64,000 nt of DNA. Origin: Pseudomonadota bacterium (GTDB taxonomy: Bacteria; Bdellovibrionota_B; Oligoflexia; Oligoflexales; CAIYRB01). Of this stretch, positions 36,810 through 46,598 are shown piece by piece. The position numbers and the translations under genes are program-made. The stretch covers positions 4,175 to 68,174 of the forward strand of contig JAPLFX010000121.1 of NCBI GenBank assembly GCA_026390445.1, given 5' to 3'. Below the pieces are notes generated by a model, which did no database searches, was not told the DNA's origin, and saw only the letters and a program-made list of their open reading frames with translations. Within the stretch, counting starts at the first letter, position 1. The number at the start of each line of letters is the position of its first letter.

Positions 36810-37372
36810 TCGTCGCGACGGAGCGGCGGGCGCAGCAAACCAAAGCGGGGGAGAAAGTGCCAAGCTCCACAGCGTACGCTTCGGACTCGAAGAAGTATGG
36901 CTCCTGGGTCCAAAATCTGATGACCGAGTGGTACATTCGCTATGGCGGCCGCGGTATCATTGCCTCCCAGCCTTTCTTTCACTGCAACAGTCGAGACGGA
37001 CCGTCCTTCGCGCCGATGTCATTCGGCGGCCGAAGCGATATCTTCGCTGTTCAATCCTGGGCGCATGGTCATTCCCCGGAGAGCTTTTCAGGCGGAGCCG
37101 TATATGATGAATCTACGAAAACTCCTAACAACCTGAAATCTATCATATTTATATCGGTCGCACCTGGCTAGAATTGCAGCGGTGGATGTCATCACCCCGA
37201 CCTCAGGACGACCCAACCCACCTAAACATAAAAAACGGGTTAGGCTCAGGCCTCCTAGGGGAAGGTTCTGATTTGACTATAGAATAAACAGAAAGGCGAC
37301 AGCAGGAGAAAATAAGACATTTTGTTCTAAAGTAAAGCAGGATATCTTACGATAAGTAGATAGAGGTGATTT

Positions 37373-37669
37373 ATGGATTTAAAAACGATCATACCGAGCA
37401 GCAAGATTACCGTTTCGTCACGCGGCCAACTCGTCATCCCCAAGGAGGTTCGCGACGCTTGCGGCATCCATGGCGGCACCGAGATTCTGGTCAGAACCCG
37501 CGAGGACGGCGTCATTGAGCTTAGGCCACTGAAGCGCAAGGTCGGCGACCTATTTATATTTAAAGGCACGCCCCGGGTCACTGCGGGTGCCGTGGATGTC
37601 GACAGCTCCATCGCCGAGGCAGTGGAAGCCGATGATGCCCGCACCAAGCGGACAGGAGGAGCACCTTGA
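37373..37669 (+). CDS. AbrB/MazE/SpoVT-family antitoxin
   Basis: The KITVSSRGQLVIPKEVRDACGI swapped-hairpin motif. RBS GAGGTGA. The stop overlaps the start of the PIN gene. Confidence 0.75.
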   Translation: MDLKTIIPSSKITVSSRGQLVIPKEVRDACGIHGGTEILVRTREDGVIELRPLKRKVGDLFIFKGTPRVTAGAVDVDSSIAEAVEADDARTKRTGGAP

Positions 37670-38058
37670 TCGCCGTCGATACCAATGTGTTGGCCCGCGC
37701 GATCTTGCAAGACGACGAGGACCAGTCACCACGCGCCAGGAAAGTCATCGAGGAGCTGGCGGCCAAAGACGGTGTCCTTATCACCACCGCAGTCGCCCTC
37801 GAACTCGCTTGGGTGCTAAGACGCTGGAAGCATTCATCTGAAATCTACGAGATCCTGCATCATCTCCTTGAGAGTGACGGCGTTAGCTTTGCCAGCAGCG
37901 CCGTTGTCGGTGAAGCGCTGGAAATCTTCCGCCAAGGTAAGATCGATTTTGGTGATGCATTGGTCCTCGCCGAGGCGCAGGCCCACGGTGCTAGTCAGGT
38001 CATGACTTTTGACGCAGCCTTTCTGAAAGTCGAGCGGCGGGCGGTTGCGGTACCGTGA
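37666..38058 (+). CDS. vapC: PIN-domain toxin (VapC-like)
   Basis: MIAVDTNVLARAIL N-terminus (the conserved first Asp) and FGDALVLAEA later. About 130 aa. Coupled to the upstream antitoxin. Confidence 0.75.
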   Translation: MIAVDTNVLARAILQDDEDQSPRARKVIEELAAKDGVLITTAVALELAWVLRRWKHSSEIYEILHHLLESDGVSFASSAVVGEALEIFRQGKIDFGDALVLAEAQAHGASQVMTFDAAFLKVERRAVAVP

Positions 38059-38184
38059 CGCCATCCCATGAGGGCACAGGACTTGTCATTTCATGGTAAG
38101 AGCATGTGCCTAAAGAATCCCATCTAACTTGTAAAAAATGACCCCATTATTTACAATCTACTTGTAGATATCGATGGGGTAAGC

Positions 38185-39525
38185 ATGCAGCGAAGCGCAA
38201 TAGTAGGTCTAAAAGACTGGATTAAATCAAAAAATCGCCGACCACTGGTCATCAGGGGCGCTCGACAAACCGGCAAATCCACGCTGGTCAGGATGTTTGC
38301 AGAGGCTGAAGGCCTCGATTTGATTGAAATCAATCTTGAACGCCATGCCTACTTCGATAGAACGTTCGCGACCCTCGATCTAAAAGTCATCTGCTCGGCT
38401 ATTGAAGATACGGTCGGCAAGGCGTTTGCTAAGAATTCCTTACTCTTTTTGGATGAAATCCAAGCAACTCCCCAGGCATTAGCAGCCTTACGATATTTCT
38501 TTGAGGAGCGGCCTGAGTTGCCGGTGATAGCTGCAGGGTCTTTACTTGAACTGGTTCTGCCGGATATCGAATTTGCCATGCCTGTCGGACGCATCGAATA
38601 CTTTCATCTGGGGCCATTGACCTTCGTCGAGTATTTACGGGCGATGGGGGAGGACCGAGCGCTGAGCCATCTCGAGTCCTACGAACCGGGAAAGGTCTGG
38701 ACTGCGACCATGCACCAGCGCCTCACCAATCTCATGTTCACATACATGCAGGTAGGTGGCATGCCTGATCCGCTTGCTTGCTATGTTGAAGATCCAAAAG
38801 ATACCCGCCGCTGGATGCAGGCTCAGCAGCGCATTATTGATACCTACCAAGATGACTTTAACAAGTATCGCAAGCGCGGCGACTGGGCGCCGATTCTTCA
38901 ACAGGTCTACCTGCGCCTGCCGGCGTCGCTTTCGCAAAAGATAAAATACGCCGAGCTTGCACCAGGGCAGCGGGTCGAAAAAATTCACCAAGCAATCGAT
39001 ATGCTCATCGCCGCACGGGTAGCTCTAAGAGCGTCCCACGTCGCACCTCCAAAAATGCCGCTGGCGGCCCACGCCTCGCCAAAGGTTTTTAAGGCCTACT
39101 GGCTGGATATCGGCCTTCTCGGGAGGCTTTTAGGCTGGAGTCCCGCAACCGTGGACGTCGCTCCAAGCTTTAACGGCCTGCGGTCCGAACAGTTTGTGGC
39201 CCAACACCTAGCTTATATAGGTGCGCCAATGATCGGACCCGAGCTTTTTTACTGGCTCCGAGAAGGCAAGCTCAACAATGCGGAGGTAGATTTTGTGGCA
39301 GCCATTGTCGGCCATGAAGGCACCCACATTGTGCCTATCGAAGTTAAGTCGGGACCCGTCGCAAAAATGCTCTCACTAAAGCAATTTATTGAGACCTACC
39401 GCCCTCCTATAGCTGTACGACTGCACGGTGGACTGCCCGAGGAAAGTTCCCTGGGCCAGACTAAATTACTGAGCCTTCCGCTCTACATGGTGCCTTTCCT
39501 AGCCCCCATTGTTTCTCGCCAGTAG
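38185..39525 (+). CDS. AAA-family ATPase (AAA_14 plus DUF4143-type)
   Basis: Walker A RGARQTGKST and Walker B LLFLDEIQ. About 446 aa with a C-terminal region (EVDFV ... IPIEVKSG) typical of the DUF4143 nuclease-like module. Confidence 0.7.
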   Translation: MQRSAIVGLKDWIKSKNRRPLVIRGARQTGKSTLVRMFAEAEGLDLIEINLERHAYFDRTFATLDLKVICSAIEDTVGKAFAKNSLLFLDEIQATPQALAALRYFFEERPELPVIAAGSLLELVLPDIEFAMPVGRIEYFHLGPLTFVEYLRAMGEDRALSHLESYEPGKVWTATMHQRLTNLMFTYMQVGGMPDPLACYVEDPKDTRRWMQAQQRIIDTYQDDFNKYRKRGDWAPILQQVYLRLPASLSQKIKYAELAPGQRVEKIHQAIDMLIAARVALRASHVAPPKMPLAAHASPKVFKAYWLDIGLLGRLLGWSPATVDVAPSFNGLRSEQFVAQHLAYIGAPMIGPELFYWLREGKLNNAEVDFVAAIVGHEGTHIVPIEVKSGPVAKMLSLKQFIETYRPPIAVRLHGGLPEESSLGQTKLLSLPLYMVPFLAPIVSRQ

Positions 39526-39750
39526 AGCCGCTTGCCGCTGTCCTTATCGCGTACTCCAAGGACGCCGCCGCTGGCACCATTAGTGGTGAAGCTACTCTAT
39601 GTTAGAGTCAAGCTGCGGTATTGGCAGAGAAGAGCTGAGAGCTTCCGCTCTCCCCGTCCGCTTCCTGACGGAGTAAAGGAGCGCTTGAAGCCGTCCTCAA
39701 AACTACCTCCCTGCTAGCTGTGTCAGGGACGCTCATTTTCCCCTGAAACC

Positions 39751-40284
39751 TCAGATTTGTTGGTACGGAAAGCGAAACACTTCCGCCTTATCACCGTCCC
39801 CATCGCGGGGCGGATAGGTCAGCGATTTGGCCGTGAAGCTCCAACTCTCCACCACAAACGGCAGACGGAGCGCTAGACTTGTGCCGGGGGCACGCACCCA
39901 GGCCACGAGGTAAGCTTGATCCGGCCTAAAAGCGGGGGCTTCTAGCCATACTTCGATGGTCGCCGCCGGCAAAGCTGCGACTAGTTTTGGCTGTCCTTTG
40001 GCGTAGCGCTCGAGTTCTGAGCGCAAATTGGCCTGCCACAGCGGCTTCGGATAGCGGTGATTCGTGCCCATGACCTGGATCTCGTAGCTCGACGGGGTTT
40101 CGCAGGCATAAAGTGGGTGGAGTTTATGCTCACGGTCGAGGTAGGTGCAGGTCGAATTCGCCGTGCGGACGATGTTTTTGTTCGGGACTGGAGGATCTTC
40201 AAAAAGGCTTTCAAGCATCGTGCAGCCACTGGTGCCAAGCAGCAGCGCAAGTAAAATCAAAGGTTTTATCAGCCGTCGTTGCAT
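39751..40284 (-). CDS. hypothetical lipoprotein
   Basis: Start at MQRRLIKPLILLALLLGTSGC (lipobox LGTSGC). No family recognised. Confidence 0.5.
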   Translation of the reverse strand: MQRRLIKPLILLALLLGTSGCTMLESLFEDPPVPNKNIVRTANSTCTYLDREHKLHPLYACETPSSYEIQVMGTNHRYPKPLWQANLRSELERYAKGQPKLVAALPAATIEVWLEAPAFRPDQAYLVAWVRAPGTSLALRLPFVVESWSFTAKSLTYPPRDGDGDKAEVFRFPYQQI

Positions 40285-40391
40285 AGATCGCCAAAGTTTT
40301 GCTGGACCTTCGCCCAAGCGGGCTATCCCCTATCGGACGTCGGCGGCAAAAGCTGAGGAGTTTCTGCGTGTCGCGGTACTTAGGAACGGCT

Positions 40392-41522
40392 TTAGTTGAG
40401 CGGAGCCTGAACCTGGCGATTCAGCACGGCTTCGCGCTGCGGCAGAGCGCTGATGGACTGGATCACTTTGGCCGCCAACTGGCCGCAAGCTCCCGACACC
40501 TCAAGCCCCTTGCTGTAACGCACGGGCGCGGCGATCGAACGATCCGAGAGGTACTTCTGAAAGGTCCGGATATCCTCGTCGGAGGGACGATCAAAGGGCA
40601 TGCCGGGATGGCTGTTAAACGGGATCAAGTTGACCTTGGCGCGCAGTCCGTGGAGGAACTTCACCAGCTCTTTTGCCTCGCGCAGACCGCAGTTTTTATC
40701 TTTGATCAGAATATATTCGATGGTGAGCTTATCGCCGCTATCCTTTTGGTAGTCGAGCAGCGCCGCCTTAAGCTCAGCTAAGGGATAGCGGCGGTTGATC
40801 GGCATCAACTCCGTCCGCAACTCGTCGCGAGCCGCGTGCAGCGACACAGCCAGCGCAGCTCGTACATCATGGGCCAGAGTCCGAATCTGCGGTACCAGAC
40901 CGGAGGTCGAGACGGTGACGTTGCGCACGCTGAGACCAAAGGCCTCTTTACCGCTCAAGCGGTTAACAGCGTCGACGACGTTGGCGTAGTTGTCTAGGGG
41001 CTCACCCATCCCCATAAAAACGACGTGGGAGATCCGGCGTCCCTCAGGCTGGACGATTTGGTCCGCGATCGCAAACTGCGCCAGAATCTCCGCCGCGCTC
41101 AGATGGCGGACAAAGCCAAGCTTGCCCGTCTGGCAGAAGGTACAGGCCAACTTGCACCCCACCTGACTCGAGACACACAGACTGGTGCGGCCTTCGTAGC
41201 GCAGGATGACCGCTTCGATAAAGCCACGCTCGCTCTCCAGCAGGAGCTTCGTCGAGCCGTCGGCGCCAGACATCTGGCTGTGAATCTTGGGCAACTGCCA
41301 GTCCAGATGCGTGGCCAGGCGCTGACGCAGGGAGGCTGACAGATTCGACATGGAACTGAGCGAGAACACCCTCTTAACGTAGATCCAGTCGTGCAACTGC
41401 TGGGCGCGAAAGGCCGGTTCCCCCCAACTCAGCAGGAGAGCCTTGAGGGCATCCGGAGCAAGGCTGAGAAAGGACGGTACGGCGGTTGCCGCAGCAGCAG
41501 TAGTCGAAGGGTGAGCGGGCAT
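40392..41522 (-). CDS. rlmN: 23S rRNA/tRNA (adenine-C2)-methyltransferase RlmN (radical SAM)
   Basis: CKLACTFCQTG, FMGMGEPL and the C-terminal ACGQL motif. Confidence 0.85.
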   Translation of the reverse strand: MPAHPSTTAAAATAVPSFLSLAPDALKALLLSWGEPAFRAQQLHDWIYVKRVFSLSSMSNLSASLRQRLATHLDWQLPKIHSQMSGADGSTKLLLESERGFIEAVILRYEGRTSLCVSSQVGCKLACTFCQTGKLGFVRHLSAAEILAQFAIADQIVQPEGRRISHVVFMGMGEPLDNYANVVDAVNRLSGKEAFGLSVRNVTVSTSGLVPQIRTLAHDVRAALAVSLHAARDELRTELMPINRRYPLAELKAALLDYQKDSGDKLTIEYILIKDKNCGLREAKELVKFLHGLRAKVNLIPFNSHPGMPFDRPSDEDIRTFQKYLSDRSIAAPVRYSKGLEVSGACGQLAAKVIQSISALPQREAVLNRQVQAPLN

Positions 41523-41654
41523 AGATGATATCCAGATTAATAATCATCATAATAAGGACTAAGCGTATATATCAAAAGTCAATGATTGTCAAAGTGTAGA
41601 GGGTTGCGGCAGGCGCCAGAATGGCCTCGATCAGGCCAATAAAAGATGCGTATC

Positions 41655-41683
41655 TTGATAAAATAATATATCGTATATACTAT
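41655..41683 (+). promoter_or_regulatory. putative sigma70-like promoter for brnT-brnA
   Basis: TTGATA (41655..41660), a 17-nt spacer and TACTAT (41678..41683), in an AT-rich gap about 30 nt upstream of the TTG start at 41716. Confidence 0.3.
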
Positions 41684-41715
41684 TTTATTGAATAAATGCT
41701 CTAGGGGCTCAAGTT

Positions 41716-41991
41716 TTGTACGATTGGGACGATAAGAAGGATGCAGAGAAGCGAGCCCAGTACGGATTCGGCTTCTCGGAGGTCGAGCAGGTCTTCAACC
41801 AAGCGTATTATCAAGAAGAAAGTGACAGTTATGCCAATCAATACCGGGTGGTCGGGTTTGCCAGCACAGGCGATCTCGTGACGGTTGCTTGCGAGGACAG
41901 AACCGGCATAAGCGGAAATGAATACACCTATTTAGCGACTTTCTGGAAGGCTTCGCCAAGTGAAAGGAAACGATATGACGGACAAAAGTAA
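41716..41991 (+). CDS. brnT: BrnT-family (DUF497) toxin
   Basis: YDWDDKKDAEKRAQYGFGFSEVEQVF matches the characteristic (F/Y)xWDxxKxxxNxxKHGxxFxEA start of BrnT. About 91 aa. TTG start. Confidence 0.7.
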   Translation: MYDWDDKKDAEKRAQYGFGFSEVEQVFNQAYYQEESDSYANQYRVVGFASTGDLVTVACEDRTGISGNEYTYLATFWKASPSERKRYDGQK

Positions 41992-42292
41992 CGAAGAGAT
42001 CTTGGCCATGGAGGCAAGAGGCGAAAGCATGGAGGGGGTCATCAAGGGCAATGGCCGGATGATGCCTCCTCGTGCTGGCGCTCCCGGTAGACGTCACACG
42101 TCCGCCGACGACGTCAGGCACATTGCACGGGTAAATGTCGACTTCACCCCGCAAATGCTCGAGGCGCTGGATGCTGTAGCAGCGCGCATCGGCATTAACC
42201 GCCAAGCCACCATCAAAGAAGCCATCGATGCGTTCGTTACGCAGAAGATCGCTGCCTTTGAGATGCAGGCCCGTTTTACCAAACAAGACTGA
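41975..42292 (+). CDS. brnA: BrnA/CopG-like ribbon-helix-helix antitoxin
   Basis: Overlaps the brnT 3' end. C-terminal VNVDFTPQMLEALDAVAARIGINRQATIKEAIDAFV is RHH-like. ORF-track start is 41960; MTDKS at 41975 is preferred. Confidence 0.6.
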   Translation: MTDKSNEEILAMEARGESMEGVIKGNGRMMPPRAGAPGRRHTSADDVRHIARVNVDFTPQMLEALDAVAARIGINRQATIKEAIDAFVTQKIAAFEMQARFTKQD

Positions 42293-42358
42293 TGATGATC
42301 CATTGCCAGGGGCCAGAATACGGAATCTAAAAATATTTGCCGAACAGCGGGTCATGCG

Positions 42359-43081
42359 ATGATATTTGACGAGATCGACCGACTAAAAGCTGAAATCGAT
42401 AAACTGCGGCCATTTGCCGGACCTCACCTCCAGCAAATCAAGGCCTATTACAAAATCGGCCTCACTTATTCGAGCAATGCCCTTGAAGGGAATTCGCTGA
42501 CCGAGTCGGAGACTAAAGTAGTGCTCGAAGACGGCCTCACCGTCGGCGGCAAACCGCTCCGCGAGATCTATGAAGCCACAGGTCATGCCCGGGCATACGA
42601 TCACATCTATTCTCTGCTAAACACCCCTGCGGTCACAGAGCAGGACCTATTGGCGGTGCACAAACTGTTCTACGAACAGTTGGACGGCCTTCATGCCGGC
42701 GTCTATCGCACCGAACAGGTGATCATCAGCGGCTCAAAGCATCCAACCGCCGCCCCAGCTAAGATCAAAAGCCAGATGGCGGAGTTCATCGACTGGTTAC
42801 AGGCTCACGAACATCAACTTCACCCGGCGACCTTCGCAGCGCAGGCGCACAAAAGATTTGTTTTTATCCATCCCTTTGTCGACGGCAACGGCCGCGTGGC
42901 GCGGCTACTGATGAATCTGTGCCTGATGCGGAGAGGTTATACGATCGCTATCATCCCGCCCGTCCTCCGCAGCGACTACATCGGTCTGCTTGAGAAGGCG
43001 CACACCAACGACCAGCCGTTTATCAAGTTTGTCGCCGAACGCCTGAAGGAGACACAGCAAGACCTACTGCGACTGTTTTGA
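42359..43081 (+). CDS. Fic family protein (AMPylase-type) with an N-terminal inhibitory motif
   Basis: Active-site HPFVDGNGRVARLLMN. The N-terminal SNALEG fits the (S/T)xxxE(G/N) autoinhibition motif. Confidence 0.8.
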   Translation: MIFDEIDRLKAEIDKLRPFAGPHLQQIKAYYKIGLTYSSNALEGNSLTESETKVVLEDGLTVGGKPLREIYEATGHARAYDHIYSLLNTPAVTEQDLLAVHKLFYEQLDGLHAGVYRTEQVIISGSKHPTAAPAKIKSQMAEFIDWLQAHEHQLHPATFAAQAHKRFVFIHPFVDGNGRVARLLMNLCLMRRGYTIAIIPPVLRSDYIGLLEKAHTNDQPFIKFVAERLKETQQDLLRLF

Positions 43082-43193
43082 ACGATCCAGGCGCAGCGCA
43101 AGTCCTTCCCTTTTGTTGACCGAGTCGAGCAACCATGCCACCGTGTTAAGAAATCATAAACGACATCTTCTCACTTGTTGCGAGTGCAAGCCC

Positions 43194-44501
43194 ATGATCC
43201 TAACGCGCGCCGCTGCAGCCTTGTCTCTCTGCGTCCCTGCGTCCTTCGGCTGTAGGACCACTGGTTCAGACGCAAAATCCAACAGCTTTGACAACAGTTC
43301 GGCACCTGAATCCATCCAGCAGCAAACGGCAAACGCTTTACCACCCCCCTGGGTCCAGCTCGGACCCGAAGGTGCAGTCTTGGTCAAAGTCCTAACGACG
43401 GCTTCAACCTGCCCGTCGCTGAGCGTCGACGCTGCGACTCTAGCAATGACACCGCGAAGCACGCCGACTGCGGATTTTTCTGTCCTGGTCTGCCAAGCCA
43501 CGCTCCCCGCAGGCACCAAGAGCGCATCTCTAAACGGGGCCAACTTGACTCTGCCCCAGGCGAATCCACACAAAATCCTGGTGGTCGGCGATACCGGCTG
43601 CGAAATTAAAGAGGACAAAGGCAAGGTCAAAGTCCAAAACTGCAATAATCCAAAAAAATGGGCCTGGGCCCAGGTCGCTGCAACCGCAGCGGCCGAGCAC
43701 CCCGACCTGATCATCCACGTCGGCGACTATCACTACCGCGAGGTCGCCTGTCCTGACGACGATCCCAAGTGCAGTGGCGCGGCCGTAGGCGACCAGTGGG
43801 CCTCTTGGCAGCAGGATTTCTTCACACCAGCCGCTCCACTTCTGAGCGCGGCACCCTGGATCTTTATCCGCGGCAACCACGAGCTTTGCACTCGGGCCGG
43901 CAAGGGCTGGTTTTACTTTCTCGATCCAAGGCCGCATCCAGGTGCTTGTCGGGAAGACACCCTGCCCTATCAAGTCGCGGTGGGCAATCATAGTGTCGCC
44001 GTGATCGACAGCGCGAATGATGCCAATGTCAAAGCAAGTCTAAACAAAATCGCGCCACCAACCGATGCGATCTTATGGCTAGCGTTGCATCGGCCGTTTC
44101 TGACCCCAGGCATTGACGATGAGCCGACCGGGTCAATTCCAACCCTGCCGACAGCTTTGCAGGCCAGCGGTAAAGTCGGAGCCGTGATCGCAGGACACTC
44201 CCACCTACTCTCGCTCAATACCTTCACCAACGGTGCGCCTCCCGAGCTGATCAGCGGTAATGGCGGCACGACCCTGGAAAAGTCACACCTGATCAATGAG
44301 GCCGTATCGGGTGTGCTCACAGAGCCGGGCTACAGTGCAACACAATACTATGACTACGGGTACCTGACCTTCGAGCAGACGAGCCAAACCGGCGAGTGGT
44401 CGGTCGTCGCCCACGACCGCAGCAGCGCACCGATTTTTCAATGCACGCTGCAAGAAGGGCTTGGCGTTAGTACGCGTTTAGATTGTAAGGCAGCACCTTA
44501 A
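43194..44501 (+). CDS. secreted calcineurin-like metallophosphoesterase
   Basis: Signal peptide from MILTRAAAALSL. Motifs VVGDTGC, HVGDYHY, IRGNHE and GHSH. Confidence 0.7.
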   Translation: MILTRAAAALSLCVPASFGCRTTGSDAKSNSFDNSSAPESIQQQTANALPPPWVQLGPEGAVLVKVLTTASTCPSLSVDAATLAMTPRSTPTADFSVLVCQATLPAGTKSASLNGANLTLPQANPHKILVVGDTGCEIKEDKGKVKVQNCNNPKKWAWAQVAATAAAEHPDLIIHVGDYHYREVACPDDDPKCSGAAVGDQWASWQQDFFTPAAPLLSAAPWIFIRGNHELCTRAGKGWFYFLDPRPHPGACREDTLPYQVAVGNHSVAVIDSANDANVKASLNKIAPPTDAILWLALHRPFLTPGIDDEPTGSIPTLPTALQASGKVGAVIAGHSHLLSLNTFTNGAPPELISGNGGTTLEKSHLINEAVSGVLTEPGYSATQYYDYGYLTFEQTSQTGEWSVVAHDRSSAPIFQCTLQEGLGVSTRLDCKAAP

Positions 44502-44523
44502 ACCATGTACTGCGCTTATTTGT

Positions 44524-45585
44524 TTAGCGCGGACCGCGAGGCTTTCTCCCGCCGCCGCCCTCTTGTGGCGGCTTAGGACCGCCGCGTTTGTCCGGCCGGG
44601 GCGAGTTAGGCCGCCGCTCACGGTCACCACCCTCAGGACCACGGCCATGGCGAGCGCCTGCAGACGGCGGCGCCTTTGCCGGTGCCTCGTCGCTGAGTGA
44701 GGCCAAGGCTTTGAAATCGAGGTCTTCGCCCCAGTTGTCGGCGTCGTCGTTGGTCGCGGGCTCGTCTTCGCCTGGTTTGATCACCTCGAGCTGCGCCACC
44801 GGAACCGTCAGCTGGCGGCCTTCGGCCGTCTCGATCAGCACGACCTGATTGAGGATGTCGCCTTTGATGACGTCGCCGATGACGCCGTCTTCAAGCGCGC
44901 GAACGCGCGTGCCACGCGGTGGCAACAGGCGGCGCAGCTCGCTGTAGAGATCGTTCTCATAGGTCAAGCAGCACAGTAGGCGACCGCAGCCACCAGACAC
45001 CTTGCTCGGATTGAGGGCGAGGTTTTGGTTTTTGGCCATCTTGATCGACACCGGGACAAATTCCCGCAAAAAGCTCGAGCAACAAAACTCACGGCCACAG
45101 ATGCCAAGACCCCCGACCAGCTTGGCCTCGTCACGCGATCCGACCTGCTTCAGCTCGACGCGGGCTTTGAGTCCGGACGCTAGCTCTTTAACCAGCTCGC
45201 GAAAATCCACGCGGCCTGGCGCCGAGAAATAGACGATGACCTTGCTACCGCCGAATTGCACCTCGGCTTGCAGCACCGACATCTTAAGGCCCAGGCGTTC
45301 GCAGCGCTCGCGGGCGTAGCGAGCGGCGGTTTCGGCGGTCAATTTGCGGGTCTCATCGAGGTCTTTGGTCGTCGCTGGGCGGATGATCGGCTTTAAATCC
45401 TTGGCGCCGTCACGCCCATCCTGGGCGAAGCGGATGACGGCTACCCGCGCCAGACTTGGCCCGCGTTCGGTATCGACGACGACATCGTCGCCCACGCGCA
45501 AGTCGGATTCACCAGCGGCAAAATCGTAAATGCGCCCGGCCCGGCGAAACTGCACCCCAACAATATTGATCCCGTCCATATCCAA
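44524..45585 (-). CDS. PSP1 domain protein (YaaT/RicT-like)
   Basis: Position downstream of holB. Cys-rich GICGREFCCSSFL and GGCGRLLCCLTYE motifs. Pro/Gly/Arg-rich tail. Confidence 0.75.
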   Translation of the reverse strand: MDMDGINIVGVQFRRAGRIYDFAAGESDLRVGDDVVVDTERGPSLARVAVIRFAQDGRDGAKDLKPIIRPATTKDLDETRKLTAETAARYARERCERLGLKMSVLQAEVQFGGSKVIVYFSAPGRVDFRELVKELASGLKARVELKQVGSRDEAKLVGGLGICGREFCCSSFLREFVPVSIKMAKNQNLALNPSKVSGGCGRLLCCLTYENDLYSELRRLLPPRGTRVRALEDGVIGDVIKGDILNQVVLIETAEGRQLTVPVAQLEVIKPGEDEPATNDDADNWGEDLDFKALASLSDEAPAKAPPSAGARHGRGPEGGDRERRPNSPRPDKRGGPKPPQEGGGGRKPRGPR

Positions 45586-45596
45586 AGCTTCTCGTT

Positions 45597-46598
45597 TCAG
45601 GGCCGCTCACTAAAGGCGAGGGCCTCGGTCAAAAGTTGCGCGTTTAAAGGCACCTGTGCTCCACACACCAGCTTCCTAGCCTGACTCAGAAGGGCGCGTC
45701 GCTGCGCCAACTGCACCGGGTTCAAACTCGTCGCGGGACGTGTCCCCACGGCCGGCTGGACCAGCCCAAGCCGCTGGCGGTAGCTATGATTGATGGCGAT
45801 ATCCCACTCCTGCAGCATCTCGGCCGTCGTCAAACCACTGGCGCGCACGAGCTGCTGCGACCACTCTAACACTTGCACCGCCGTTGTGGCGGACAAAAGT
45901 CCACGAAACTCTTCACGTCCCCCCACTTGGCCTGAACGCAGCATCGCCAAGGCCAAGCCAGGCGACAGACCGGCCTGACGCAGACAGGCATCGAGCTCGT
46001 CGTCGCTGCACGGCGCTGCTTTTGCCTCGGCCATCCGCTGCGCCAACCAGGCTCGGCTGAGGACCAAGGGCGGCGGCGTGACCTGCCAGCGCACACAACG
46101 CGACAGCACCGTCGGCAACATCGCGCCGACACGGCTGGTGCTCAGCAGGATGCGCGCCCGCGGTGGCGGTTCCTCGAGGATTTTGAGCAGCCGATTGGCG
46201 GCAAATTTATTCATCTGATCGGCATCGACCAGGACCACCAAGCGGTGACTCGACCCACTTCCTGGATTGAGCTCGAGGTGTTCTTGCAACTGCTCGGCGG
46301 CATCGATCCGCAGCGCACCAGCACTACCGTCCAGCCACAACACCTCGGGATGGACTCCCGCGAGGAGCCATTGGCAGCCAGCGCAGTGACCACAGGCGCT
46401 CTTGGTGGTGCACAGGTGCAGCGCCGCCAAGGCCCCAAGCAAGCCCTTTTTGCCGATGCCGGGACGCCCCGTCAGCAGCAAGACGGACGGCATATTGCCA
46501 GCTGCATACAAATCCGACCAGGCCTTCAGCAGGTGATCGTAACCAATCAGCTGCAACCACGGCTCGGGTATGACCTGCAACTCGTCAGTGCTTGCCAA
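45597..46598 (-). CDS. holB: DNA polymerase III subunit delta'
   Basis: LLLTGRPGIGKKG P-loop-like motif, Zn module CGHCAGCQ and synteny tmk-holB-PSP1. Confidence 0.75.
   Translation of the reverse strand: MASTDELQVIPEPWLQLIGYDHLLKAWSDLYAAGNMPSVLLLTGRPGIGKKGLLGALAALHLCTTKSACGHCAGCQWLLAGVHPEVLWLDGSAGALRIDAAEQLQEHLELNPGSGSSHRLVVLVDADQMNKFAANRLLKILEEPPPRARILLSTSRVGAMLPTVLSRCVRWQVTPPPLVLSRAWLAQRMAEAKAAPCSDDELDACLRQAGLSPGLALAMLRSGQVGGREEFRGLLSATTAVQVLEWSQQLVRASGLTTAEMLQEWDIAINHSYRQRLGLVQPAVGTRPATSLNPVQLAQRRALLSQARKLVCGAQVPLNAQLLTEALAFSERP

Noticed and set aside
36845-37030. RNase P RNA-like motifs (GGGGAGAAAGTGCCAAGCTCCACAGCG and CACTGCAACAGTCGAGA resemble the CR-I GAGGAAAGTCCGGGCTCC and CAGTGCAACAGAGAGCA)
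   Set aside because: The invariant GTCCGG core is not present. No ACAGAACCCGGCTTA-type P4 3' strand or other conserved regions follow, so the resemblance is probably chance.
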